A DNA stretch of 55,008 nucleotides, taken from contig DASQOP010000280.1 of the NCBI GenBank assembly GCA_035644415.1, positions 1 through 55,008 on the forward strand, given 5' to 3'. Both the position numbers and the translations under genes were made by a program. The notes below the pieces were generated by a model, which saw only the letters and a list, made by a program, of their open reading frames with translations, ran no database searches and was not told the origin of the DNA. This DNA comes from Burkholderiales bacterium (GTDB lineage: Bacteria; Pseudomonadota; Gammaproteobacteria; Burkholderiales; JACQAP01). Positions 8,834 to 16,864 of this stretch are shown here, in pieces. Positions within the stretch are counted from its first letter, which is position 1. The number at the start of each line of letters is the position of its first letter.

Positions 8834-9181
8834 ATGGAAGCTACGATGCAAGTCGGCGCCCGCGCATCCGTCTCGGTCGAATGGAAGGACACGGGCGGCA
8901 ATATCGTCAAAGTAGACGGCCCCACCAAATGGGAATCGTCCGCTTCTGACATGGTGCAGGTAACCCCGTCCACCGGCAATCCGCAGATCGCCAATCTATT
9001 CGCGCCAGGCCCCATCGGCACGGCGCAGATCCACGCCACCGCAGACGCCGACCTGGGCGCCGGCGTCAAACCGGTCACCGCAACGATTGATGTGACCGTA
9101 ATTTCCGGTGAAGCCGTCGGCGGCGACATCACCTTCACGCCCACGCCCAGCGCAGCGGCCCAACAGCCCAAGCGGCGGTAA
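8834..9181 (+). CDS. bacterial Ig-like domain protein
   Basis: AAGGAG upstream of ATG 8834; beta-rich sequence ..IGTAQIHATADADLGAGVKPVTATIDVTVI.. typical for Big_2-like phage surface domains. Confidence 0.6.
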   Translation: MEATMQVGARASVSVEWKDTGGNIVKVDGPTKWESSASDMVQVTPSTGNPQIANLFAPGPIGTAQIHATADADLGAGVKPVTATIDVTVISGEAVGGDITFTPTPSAAAQQPKRR

Positions 9182-9190
9182 CCAAAAAAA

Positions 9191-9211
9191 GCGCCCCCAG
9201 TTAGAGGGCGC
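9191..9211. terminator. GC hairpin, A7 on one side: terminator strong on the - strand, weak on the + strand
   Basis: AAAAAAA GCGCCC-ccagttaga-GGGCGC; reads as hairpin plus T7 on the - strand. Confidence 0.4.
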
Positions 9212-9355
9212 GGAGTTTGCTCTTCCAAAAGAAAATTGGCTTTCAGTTTAGCGCACCCCTCTATTGTCCCGCCGCCGCACATTTGAGCGGCTCCCGTTAA
9301 AGAATTCCTCTTTTTCGACCGGAAATGAGGCTGCAACCCAGCCCATCCGAGCACC

Positions 9356-9384
9356 TGCACATAACATCCTGGCTGTTTTAAAAT
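9356..9384 (+). promoter_or_regulatory. sigma70-like promoter, copy A of a duplicated 32-nt element
   Basis: TGCACA-17 nt-TAAAAT, then 6 nt, then ATG 9391; GCACCTGCACATAACATCCYGGCTGTTT is shared with 16001-16028. Confidence 0.45.
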
Positions 9385-9390
9385 AAGGAT

Positions 9391-9630
9391 ATGAAAACAA
9401 AACAGCCTTTTCTACGTAAGGATAGGCAAAAAAAGAACTTCTCAATCATGGATCTACTCAAAGCGGAGAACATCCGGACTAACGCTGACCTCGCAGCTTG
9501 GTGCATCAAGAACGGGCGGAAGGGCGAGTCCAGATATTGTGTCCTGGTTCGGCAGTTCGGGGAAGTAAACGCGGATCGGATCGTGCGCCTTCTGGAGGTT
9601 GCGGAGTGGGACCTGAGGGAGGTCAATTAG
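9391..9630 (+). CDS. hypothetical protein (lower-GC gene)
   Basis: 79-aa ORF directly after promoter A; Lys/Arg-rich N-terminus. Confidence 0.55.
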   Translation: MKTKQPFLRKDRQKKNFSIMDLLKAENIRTNADLAAWCIKNGRKGESRYCVLVRQFGEVNADRIVRLLEVAEWDLREVN

Positions 9631-9632
9631 CC

Positions 9633-9896
9633 ATGACGAGACGATTTGTGGCACCCGGCGATGTGGTGCGGCTGGAGATCCCCTCTTCTGAGGTCTGCAT
9701 GTCCATGCATGTGGCGGGCGAGGTGATGAACGTGCGGTTCCAATCGCCGCACAGCTATCCCAACGCCCAGTTGCTCATGGACGATGGCCGCGAGTTCAGC
9801 GCGCCGATCACACCTGGCGAGGCGGGGTTCTACTACGAAGACGGGAAGTATTACTGCTACCCGGTCGATGCGCAGAACAACGGGGGGCGGCTATGA
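9633..9896 (+). CDS. hypothetical protein
   Basis: ATG 2 nt after the upstream stop; in frame with track ORF 9498..9896. Confidence 0.6.
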   Translation: MTRRFVAPGDVVRLEIPSSEVCMSMHVAGEVMNVRFQSPHSYPNAQLLMDDGREFSAPITPGEAGFYYEDGKYYCYPVDAQNNGGRL

Positions 9897-10096
9897 AACC
9901 CCCCGATCTCACTCTGATTCCTGACGCCGCGCTGCTCTCCGAAGTGCAGCGGCGCAGGAACGCCAAGCGGAAAACGTTCGGCGCGGGCCCGGGCCGGCCG
10001 AAGGTGATAAAGACCTGCGAGGCCTGCGGCGGCATCTTTTCCGCCCGCGAGTTCAGACAGCATCGGTGCACGGGAACAGGAAGGATCAACCAATGA
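9893..10096 (+). CDS. hypothetical protein (basic, CxxC)
   Basis: ATGA overlap with the upstream gene. Confidence 0.55.
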   Translation: MKPPDLTLIPDAALLSEVQRRRNAKRKTFGAGPGRPKVIKTCEACGGIFSAREFRQHRCTGTGRINQ

Positions 10097-10329
10097 GCAC
10101 ACCCATAATCATCGTCATCGGTGATGTCGGAACGGGCGGCTGGTGGTACGCCATCGAGGAACAGCAAATCTTCGGGGACGGCTTCCCCACGGAGACCGCC
10201 GCTATCGCCGCGGCGGCCACCGCCGCCGGAGCCGCACCGTACGAGATCTGGTATCGGTGCGAGGCTGAGGGCCGCACAGTGATGGTGCCGGGCGCGCGAT
10301 CCGCCAATCACCCAGAGGAAGGCTTATGA
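10093..10329 (+). CDS. hypothetical protein
   Basis: ATGA overlap (10093-10096); in frame with track ORF 10066..10329. Confidence 0.55.
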   Translation: MSTPIIIVIGDVGTGGWWYAIEEQQIFGDGFPTETAAIAAAATAAGAAPYEIWYRCEAEGRTVMVPGARSANHPEEGL

Positions 10330-10658
10330 GCCCGGATCCGAAGCGGATAGCCGCACTGAATGATCTGGCGCGCACCGCGATGGGGGTTTGCAGCCGGGTA
10401 CTGCAAACTCGCGGCATCTGCGCGCTGCCGCCAGCGGACCAATCCCGCATCCGGGAGAAGGTGGAATTGTTCAACGACTTCCATCCCGGCGACGATCCCT
10501 ACGGGGAGCACGATTTCGGCTCCTTCGAGCACAACGGGGTCGGGATCTTCTGGAAGATCGACTACTACGACACGAAGCTGGAGTTCGGCAGCGAAGATCC
10601 GAGCGATCCCGCCCAGACCACGCGGGTGCTGACCATCATGCTGCGGGAGGAATACTGA
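10326..10658 (+). CDS. DUF3768-like protein
   Basis: ..FNDFHPGDDPYGEHDFGSFEHNGVGIFWKIDYYD..GSEDPSDPAQTTRVLTIMLREEY matches the conserved core I recall for DUF3768. Confidence 0.7.
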   Translation: MSPDPKRIAALNDLARTAMGVCSRVLQTRGICALPPADQSRIREKVELFNDFHPGDDPYGEHDFGSFEHNGVGIFWKIDYYDTKLEFGSEDPSDPAQTTRVLTIMLREEY

Positions 10659-10969
10659 TGCAGCGAGGCACTCAGGTATTTGTGACCGGCGCTAAACGTT
10701 TTACCGGCACCGTGCTGGCGGCGGGTAAGGACAGTCTGGTGATCGAGGTCGCTCCGGGCGTCAGCGCCACCCTTCGCCGCGATATCGCCAGTACCAAGCC
10801 ATTGCAGTGGCGGTGCGCCGGCCTTCCGGTGGAGGTTTCTGCAAAACCCGCTAATAATATAAGCGGCGACTGCAAACCGGCCTCAATCGAGGGGCCAAAA
10901 CGTGTAGTCAATCTGAAGGAGTTTCGCAAGCGGCTATTCGCGCTGGAAAAGCGAACCCGCAAGTTGTAG
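10658..10969 (+). CDS. hypothetical protein
   Basis: ATG overlapping the upstream TGA; in frame with track ORF 10388..10969. Confidence 0.6.
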   Translation: MQRGTQVFVTGAKRFTGTVLAAGKDSLVIEVAPGVSATLRRDIASTKPLQWRCAGLPVEVSAKPANNISGDCKPASIEGPKRVVNLKEFRKRLFALEKRTRKL

Positions 10970-10979
10970 TATCTATCCC

Positions 10980-11007
10980 AACGCCCCGCCCGGTTTCGGC
11001 GGGCGTT
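10980..11007 (+). terminator. GC-rich hairpin at the operon end (no U-tract)
   Basis: AACGCCCCGCC-cggtttc-GGCGGGCGTT directly after the stop at 10969. Confidence 0.35.
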
Positions 11008-11063
11008 CGGGTCTGCACTGTAAGGTCCCTTCCCCTTTTCCCTCAACTACATGCCAAGTCCTG

Positions 11064-11092
11064 TTGACACAGCGCCAGCTATGCCGTAGTAT
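11064..11092 (+). promoter_or_regulatory. strong sigma70-type promoter, twin of 46991..47019
   Basis: TTGACA-17 nt-TAGTAT, then 6 nt, then ATG 11099. Confidence 0.6.
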
Positions 11093-11098
11093 GCGCCC

Positions 11099-11311
11099 AT
11101 GAAGCGCAAGAAAGCAGGGAAAGCGGGGACAGCCGCCGACCCTTTTGACAAGACCAAACGGGATGCGGCCGAGTTTCTCGGCGTGACAGTCTCGACCATC
11201 GACCGCTACGTGAGGAAGCGGAAAGTGCCACATATCAAACTGAACAACCATTTGGTGCGGTTCCGGATTTCCGACCTGGTCAAGTTCGCAGAAAAACAAA
11301 GGGTGGCTTAG
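11099..11311 (+). CDS. excisionase-family (HTH_17-type) DNA-binding protein
   Basis: ..AAEFLGVTVSTIDRYVRKRKVPHIKLNNHLVRFRISDLVKFAE.. is the classic Xis/MerR-like winged-helix pattern. Confidence 0.7.
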   Translation: MKRKKAGKAGTAADPFDKTKRDAAEFLGVTVSTIDRYVRKRKVPHIKLNNHLVRFRISDLVKFAEKQRVA

Positions 11312-11446
11312 ATGGCGAGGAGCATCCTACGGGTCCGCGAGGGCGGCGAAAGCTGTCCCTGGTGCGCCAGCACCGGCAGGTCGCCAAAAGGTGACGGTCC
11401 TTGCCCGCTCTGCGCTCGCGGGCGCACGGTCGGGAGAGTGCCGTGA
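11312..11446 (+). CDS. small zinc-finger protein (44 aa, below the track cutoff)
   Basis: My translation: MARSILRVREGGESCPWCASTGRSPKGDGPCPLCARGRTVGRVP; starts 1 nt after the upstream stop, ends in a GTGA overlap. Confidence 0.4.
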   Translation: MARSILRVREGGESCPWCASTGRSPKGDGPCPLCARGRTVGRVP

Positions 11447-11685
11447 ACATCTGCCAATACTGCGGCGAGCCGATCCTGCCGGAGGAAGAGGGCCACTCTC
11501 CCCGCGTTCCCGGTCACCATCGGGAATGCGCGTTTCGCGCCGTTGGCGGCTCGGTCGCTCACATCGAGCGCCGGTGCTCCTGTTTTGTGCCGGGCTCGAC
11601 CGAAAACGATCCGCCGGGCATGACACTCCGGCAGGCCGCCGAGGCCGCGATAACCGTCGCATGGAATCGGAGGCACTTGCAATGA
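11443..11685 (+). CDS. hypothetical Cys/His-rich protein
   Basis: GTG start overlapping the upstream stop; CQYC..HHREC..CSC. Confidence 0.5.
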   Translation: MNICQYCGEPILPEEEGHSPRVPGHHRECAFRAVGGSVAHIERRCSCFVPGSTENDPPGMTLRQAAEAAITVAWNRRHLQ

Positions 11686-11942
11686 CCAAACCAATTGACA
11701 TTTTCCCGACGCCGGTGTTGTCCGAGGATGAAGGGCAGCTTACCCTGTTGTTCCCTGGCAACGTCCTGGGCGTTTCGCTGATGACCGACAGCGCCCTGGA
11801 GGAGCGCGTCACACAGGCCCTGATTCGCGCCTGGAACTCCTCCCTGCTCGCGTTCCAGCGGGAGGCCTGGAATATCTTCACCAGCGGCACGCGCGTGCCA
11901 GGCGCAGGGTGGCTCCGGCGTTCCGAGGACGTTTCCGAATGA
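11682..11942 (+). CDS. hypothetical protein
   Basis: ATGA overlap; in frame with track ORF 11391..11942. Confidence 0.55.
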   Translation: MTKPIDIFPTPVLSEDEGQLTLLFPGNVLGVSLMTDSALEERVTQALIRAWNSSLLAFQREAWNIFTSGTRVPGAGWLRRSEDVSE

Positions 11943-11967
11943 CTAAGTTGGCTATGAAGGTGCGGCA

Positions 11968-12180
11968 ATGCCCCTATTAAACGCGGAACAAATCGCGGAG
12001 CTACTGATGATCGCGGAGCACAGCCGCAACTGCATGGAGTGCGGTCACCGCACGGCACAAGATTACTGCCGTTCGTGCGATGAATTTTATTGGCTTCACA
12101 AGCCGGGGTGCGGGATGTTTGAAAACCACTGCGGCCATAGACTCACCATCGTGCCGTTCGTGGAGGTGCGGGGTGCATAA
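11968..12180 (+). CDS. small zinc-binding protein
   Basis: CMECGH..CRSC..H..C..H motif. Confidence 0.55.
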   Translation: MPLLNAEQIAELLMIAEHSRNCMECGHRTAQDYCRSCDEFYWLHKPGCGMFENHCGHRLTIVPFVEVRGA

Positions 12181-12445
12181 ACAGGGGCCATACCGGGACG
12201 GCAAGATTCACGTGAATCAAAGAATGTGCGAGACGTGCATTTTTCGCCCGGGAAATCTGATGCAACTGGAGCCAGGGCGGCGGGAATCGCTGGAGCGGCA
12301 GGCGGTGCGGCGGGATGGCTGTATCCCCTGCCATGAAACCCTGGACGGTCCCCGGGTGATTTGCCGGGGGTTTTTTGATCGGCACAAGGATGACGTGGTG
12401 GGCCTCCGGCTGGCCCAGGTATTTAAGAAGTTGGAGTTCGTATGA
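12173..12445 (+). CDS. hypothetical Cys-rich protein
   Basis: GTG overlapping the upstream stop; CETC..CIPCH..C; start uncertain. Confidence 0.5.
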   Translation: MHKQGPYRDGKIHVNQRMCETCIFRPGNLMQLEPGRRESLERQAVRRDGCIPCHETLDGPRVICRGFFDRHKDDVVGLRLAQVFKKLEFV

Positions 12446-13044
12446 CAGAGACCCATCTACTCACTGATGCCGAACTGCAAGGCATCGCGTTGCAGGCGCT
12501 GAACATGGCGAAGCGCGACTTACTCCAGCACAAATTCAATTTCCTGGTCGGCGCCTATCACCACGGCGAAGGCCTGCACCGAATGAGAAAAATCGAGACG
12601 CTGCTGATCGAGACGCTGGGGGAGGACTGGCTCAACGGAGGCCGCACCAAAGATGCCGGTTTCGGTGTGCTGCGGTCGGCGGTCGAGCGGATGCCTCCCG
12701 ATGCGGTCGTATTTGTCAGCATCGTCAATCAATTTATGGCCGCCGAAAAGCTGCGGACGCTGGGCGAGGAAGAGGCCCGGGAGCTGCTGAACTCTACCCA
12801 CGATCGGCACCACCGGGCGGTGGCCGAGGGCCTGCTGACCGTCCACGACGCGCTCTACGCCATCGCGCAAGACCCGCGGCGCATTTGCATGTACGTGCAG
12901 ATGATCGACCGGCACCTCGGGTTTCTCGGTCCGCCGGACATCCAGTTTATGGACCAGGACAACTTCAGCGGGCGCATGAAAATGTACGGCCCCAAGTCCG
13001 GCTACACGGACGCGGTGCGGCCCGCGCGAAAGGCCGCCCAATAA
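12442..13044 (+). CDS. hypothetical protein
   Basis: ATGA overlap; 200-aa ORF with balanced composition. Confidence 0.65.
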   Translation: MTETHLLTDAELQGIALQALNMAKRDLLQHKFNFLVGAYHHGEGLHRMRKIETLLIETLGEDWLNGGRTKDAGFGVLRSAVERMPPDAVVFVSIVNQFMAAEKLRTLGEEEARELLNSTHDRHHRAVAEGLLTVHDALYAIAQDPRRICMYVQMIDRHLGFLGPPDIQFMDQDNFSGRMKMYGPKSGYTDAVRPARKAAQ

Positions 13045-13062
13045 TGAGGGAAGAGGTTGCCA

Positions 13063-13380
13063 ATGCTCTGGATAGCGACCATGTACTGCGAAAACGGCCA
13101 CCCCATCATCGGCGCGGTATGCGTGCTGGAGCGCGCCGGACTTCCCGACGAGCGGGAGTTGGATGAGTTCGTTCAATCGGCGCGGGCGTTCCTTGCCGAG
13201 GCTGCGGCGCAGCAGCGCGGCACCGCGCTCTGTGAGGACTGCGGGGCGGCATCGACGGCGCTACGTCTGGAACAAATCGACGATCCCGATTTCGAGAAGA
13301 CCGTTCATGAGTTCGCGGCGGATCTGAAAAAGCCGTCCGCCAAACGAAGAGAGGAGCAGTTATGGAAGCTGCGGAATTGA
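13063..13380 (+). CDS. hypothetical protein
   Basis: First ATG of track ORF 13057..13380. Confidence 0.55.
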   Translation: MLWIATMYCENGHPIIGAVCVLERAGLPDERELDEFVQSARAFLAEAAAQQRGTALCEDCGAASTALRLEQIDDPDFEKTVHEFAADLKKPSAKRREEQLWKLRN

Positions 13381-13396
13381 AGCTGGAGTTGATCGC

Positions 13397-13621
13397 ATGA
13401 GCGTCATGACGCGCGTCGAACACCTGGCTTGGGCGAAACAGCGCGCCTTGCAGTACCTCAATGCGGGGGATTTGATGAACGCCCTTGCGTCAATGGGTTC
13501 GGACCTGTCGAAGCATGAGGAGCTAAGCAAGATCGGAGACATGCTGTTTCCCCTCGGTATGCTGTACGTGCAAAACCACGATGTTGGCGGAATGCGCCGC
13601 TGGATTGAAGGTTTCAACTAG
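13397..13621 (+). CDS. hypothetical protein
   Basis: 74-aa ORF, protein-like composition. Confidence 0.55.
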   Translation: MSVMTRVEHLAWAKQRALQYLNAGDLMNALASMGSDLSKHEELSKIGDMLFPLGMLYVQNHDVGGMRRWIEGFN

Positions 13622-13623
13622 CC

Positions 13624-14313
13624 ATGACCTATGAGGAGAGGTTCCGTGGGCTGGCAGACGCGGCCCGCATGCTCCGCGTCATGATGGAGGCCCGCGAGGC
13701 TGCGGCCAAGACCGCGCGGTTCCGGCCAGACGGCAAATACAAGCCGCGCATTTCGCGCAACCGCGAAATAGCGGATAGGGCTTTGCTGCGGGAGCCGATT
13801 CCCGGCGGCGGCGGCGCCGAGTGGTGGATCGCCTACGGCGGGATGCGCGAGAACATTCTCGAACTGCGCAAGAGTCCGATATTGCCGCTGGTCGAAAGAA
13901 CTCTCGATCCCGAAGCGCTCAACGGCTACGTAGCGTTCCCTAAACGTCACGCACCCAAGCTGCCGACCAATTCGTATGGCGGCATCTTGCAGTACATCCC
14001 GGTCCACGGCGGCGTGACCTACGCCGTCAAGGACTCCTACATGGCCGTCTGGGGCTTCGATACGCTGCATTGCGATAGCGGCGAGGTGCCGCGCGCCGAC
14101 CGGGCGTGGATTCTCGGGCAATGCCGGTTGCTGCACACCGGACTCCTGATTGCCGCCAAGCTGTGGCCGGAGTGGCGTAAGGCGAGCCAGGCGCGCCGCA
14201 CCGAGATGGCGGACTGGATGCTCCAGTTGGTCGACGATGGGCGCGTGGGCCTCACTGGCCGCCTGAATTTGGGCAGCATGCTCGACCTGATGCGCGGGAG
14301 GATCGGAGAGTGA
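13624..14313 (+). CDS. hypothetical protein
   Basis: 229-aa ORF starting 2 nt after the upstream stop. Confidence 0.65.
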   Translation: MTYEERFRGLADAARMLRVMMEAREAAAKTARFRPDGKYKPRISRNREIADRALLREPIPGGGGAEWWIAYGGMRENILELRKSPILPLVERTLDPEALNGYVAFPKRHAPKLPTNSYGGILQYIPVHGGVTYAVKDSYMAVWGFDTLHCDSGEVPRADRAWILGQCRLLHTGLLIAAKLWPEWRKASQARRTEMADWMLQLVDDGRVGLTGRLNLGSMLDLMRGRIGE

Positions 14314-14702
14314 CGAAGGCAACGAAGAAAGCCGAGTTCAAGGGACGATTGGAAATGCTCGACCCGCTTTGGGTGCAGATCCTCGAAGCCAAGCCGAACC
14401 CGCTGTTTGGCGAGGACGCGCATGAATGGGTTCGCTTCCTAGGCCGGAGCATGAAAATCCGGCTGGCCATTCGCGGATACGTCGGCAAGCGGGTGATGTT
14501 CGAGGACCGGGTGGAGATGGAGGAGGCCGCGCTCGACCGCTTGCTGCCGCGACTGGCCGAGAAACACGCCCTGGCACTGGCGGAACACGCGCTGCACATG
14601 ATCGAGATCGAGTTCCTGGATGAGGCCAATCCGCTCGAACGGTTCTTTCGGTTCGGCACGGACCCGGCGGGAATGGTCCTGCCCATCGAGGTAAAGCTGT
14701 GA
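14310..14702 (+). CDS. hypothetical protein
   Basis: GTGA overlap with the upstream gene. Confidence 0.6.
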   Translation: MTKATKKAEFKGRLEMLDPLWVQILEAKPNPLFGEDAHEWVRFLGRSMKIRLAIRGYVGKRVMFEDRVEMEEAALDRLLPRLAEKHALALAEHALHMIEIEFLDEANPLERFFRFGTDPAGMVLPIEVKL

Positions 14703-14825
14703 CCGAAGGCGTATATTCTGGTCTGATGACGTTCGGGGTGGATTTGAAATGGCTCACCGTGTCGGATAAAGAGTCTCGGTACTTTGCGGTCGCGTTCGAC
14801 TAACAGGCAAAATAGGTGAAATGAA

Positions 14826-15128
14826 ATGTTTTCTGGACCTGCTTTCCCGTATCGTAGCTATCCATACGAAGGTGCATTGCACGAACACTTGACCAACCTT
14901 CAAAGCGATCGGATCGGTATCGACTGCGATAACTACGGCGTATTTATCTGGTGGCCGCAAGATTACTTTTATACCTACTATCAGTTATCTGGCGGCGTCA
15001 CTGAGGAGGATTGGTTGACTGGGGTGCATGAGTTCACGTTGTCCGAAATCGACGCGAAATGCAGTCGGAGATCCCGAACCCCTGGCGGAAAAGAAACTGA
15101 ACCACATGAGCATGAGCCTCAGCAGTGA
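14826..15128 (+). CDS. hypothetical protein (lower-GC, aromatic-rich)
   Basis: 100-aa ORF after a 120-nt AT-richer gap; its 3' end overlaps the next gene. Confidence 0.45.
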   Translation: MFSGPAFPYRSYPYEGALHEHLTNLQSDRIGIDCDNYGVFIWWPQDYFYTYYQLSGGVTEEDWLTGVHEFTLSEIDAKCSRRSRTPGGKETEPHEHEPQQ

Positions 15129-15339
15129 GCAATACATCCGCTTCGGATTCTACGTCGGGGCAGCGGGCCTCTGGCTCGGCGATTCGAGCTATGAGAAACG
15201 TTGGCGCGGCAAGGTCGAGGAACTGACCGAGGAGTTGTATTGGGAAATCGTCAGCGAGATACAACAGAGATTGGTGGCCGCCGGTAAGTGCCGCGCGGAC
15301 GAAGACATTTTCGAGACCAGTTTGTCGGAGGCAACCTAG
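15106..15339 (+). CDS. hypothetical protein
   Basis: In-frame ATG of track ORF 15028..15339. Confidence 0.5.
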   Translation: MSMSLSSEQYIRFGFYVGAAGLWLGDSSYEKRWRGKVEELTEELYWEIVSEIQQRLVAAGKCRADEDIFETSLSEAT

Positions 15340-15340
15340 T

Positions 15341-15670
15341 ATGTCCCCGTTACTCGATCCTGCCCATCCGCTCGCGCCGAAATTCTGGCGCAACGAAACG
15401 GGCGGTGAACTCCAGCCGGCAGTGATGGCCTATCTGACCGGCGAGCCAATGACCCTGCGCCAGATCGCGCTGATGCGGGCTTACCTGCAGCAGTGGATCG
15501 ATTCGCCGGTGTGGAACCCGCCCGGGCCGCCGGATGTACCCAAGGGCACCTGCACCGACGCGCGGTTGGAACTCGAATTTATCCGGGCGGCGCTCGCGGA
15601 GGTCCGCACGCGGGCTCAGATCAACGAGTGGCTCCACTCGGCACTAAGCATCGGCATCGATCCGCTATGA
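15341..15670 (+). CDS. hypothetical protein
   Basis: ATG 1 nt after the upstream stop. Confidence 0.6.
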   Translation: MSPLLDPAHPLAPKFWRNETGGELQPAVMAYLTGEPMTLRQIALMRAYLQQWIDSPVWNPPGPPDVPKGTCTDARLELEFIRAALAEVRTRAQINEWLHSALSIGIDPL

Positions 15671-15999
15671 GCGACGTCTATCTAAGCCAGAGCCGCACGC
15701 CCCTTCCGCATCTGCGCTGCCCGAAATGCGGCGGGCCTTGCGACGGCTGGAGCGGTCTCAGCATGGAGGAGTTTGCTCAACCGGAGCCGGGCTCGCGCAC
15801 GCTCTGTGGAACCTGTGGCGCGTTTTTGGTGTTCATCGAAAGCGCTGCGAGCTACCGCGCGCTCGCTCTGAGGATGGCGACCGCCGCCGAGATTGCCGCG
15901 ATCTGCGCGCATAAGGACCCCAAGGTCCGGCAACTCTGGACGCTCGCGCAGGAGTTCGTTGCGAAGCGCAACCAGCGGCAGCGCACCGGCCAGGGATAG
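15667..15999 (+). CDS. zinc-ribbon protein
   Basis: ATGA overlap; CPKCGGPC..CGTC. Confidence 0.6.
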   Translation: MSDVYLSQSRTPLPHLRCPKCGGPCDGWSGLSMEEFAQPEPGSRTLCGTCGAFLVFIESAASYRALALRMATAAEIAAICAHKDPKVRQLWTLAQEFVAKRNQRQRTGQG

Positions 16000-16004
16000 G
16001 CACC

Positions 16005-16033
16005 TGCACATAACATCCCGGCTGTTTAATAAT
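16005..16033 (+). promoter_or_regulatory. sigma70-like promoter, copy B of the duplicated 32-nt element
   Basis: TGCACA-17 nt-AATAAT, then 6 nt, then ATG 16040. Confidence 0.45.
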
Positions 16034-16039
16034 GGCCGC

Positions 16040-16600
16040 ATGCAATCACAAAAGAAGCCCGCTAAGGGCAAAGCAGAGCACTACCAGATCGGCACAGTTA
16101 CCTGCGCTCCTCTTGAGCAGGATCTCGTTCGGGATTTCCTATTGGCGGCCGAGAAGTTGACAGCCGATGATCCCAGCCAAAGGGAAGAGGTCGAGGAAAT
16201 CAGGGCGCGGGCCTCCAAGCGCGGGAAGTCCGGCTATTACACTTCCAAGGGGAAAAAACAGAGGAAGGAAGATCGGAAGGCGTTGTGGCAGATTCTCTGG
16301 AATTGCAGCGGGCCGTACTGCACTTTCGATGAGCATCCCGATGATCCGGGGAATTGGGGGTTCTGGCTTATCTCCCATTGGCGCGAAGAGTTGCTTGAGG
16401 GGCATGGAATCATTGTTTACGAGGTGCGGCAGATACCGAAGAACTTCGAGGGCGATTTCTTGCTCGTGACGAAATCGGGCAACCTGATTCGGAAGGTGGC
16501 CATGTGCTATCGCGGCGCGGCTCCTGCCCATGAGATGCAGACTTTTTGGGAGATGGAGGGTTCGCTGATCCCGAGGTCGTATCTGCCCCAATTGCAGTAA
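16040..16600 (+). CDS. hypothetical protein
   Basis: 186-aa in-frame part of track ORF 15893..16600; starts ATGCAATCACAAAAG. Confidence 0.65.
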   Translation: MQSQKKPAKGKAEHYQIGTVTCAPLEQDLVRDFLLAAEKLTADDPSQREEVEEIRARASKRGKSGYYTSKGKKQRKEDRKALWQILWNCSGPYCTFDEHPDDPGNWGFWLISHWREELLEGHGIIVYEVRQIPKNFEGDFLLVTKSGNLIRKVAMCYRGAAPAHEMQTFWEMEGSLIPRSYLPQLQ

Positions 16601-16623
16601 GCCGCGTCCGAATCCCCCTCAGC

Positions 16624-16652
16624 AAAGCCGCCCGTTCGAAGGCGGCTTTTTG
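16624..16652 (+). terminator. rho-independent terminator
   Basis: AAAGCCGCC-cgttcgaa-GGCGGCTTT followed by TT. Confidence 0.7.
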
Positions 16653-16864
16653 GTCTGCGCCGTTCGCCGCTGAAGTGAGAAGTTCCTGCTGATAAGTCAC
16701 GTGGAATCACCAATTTGCAGAGTTACTAGCGCGACTGTGCGGGCGGCGAGCCCGCGGGCGGCCAGACGCGGCGGAGTACCTTTAACTCTATGATTCTAAA
16801 GGGTCTAGGCGATTCGCGCGCACGTAGCGTTGGCGTGTTGATAACAAAGGGGTTCGCTCTGTGG

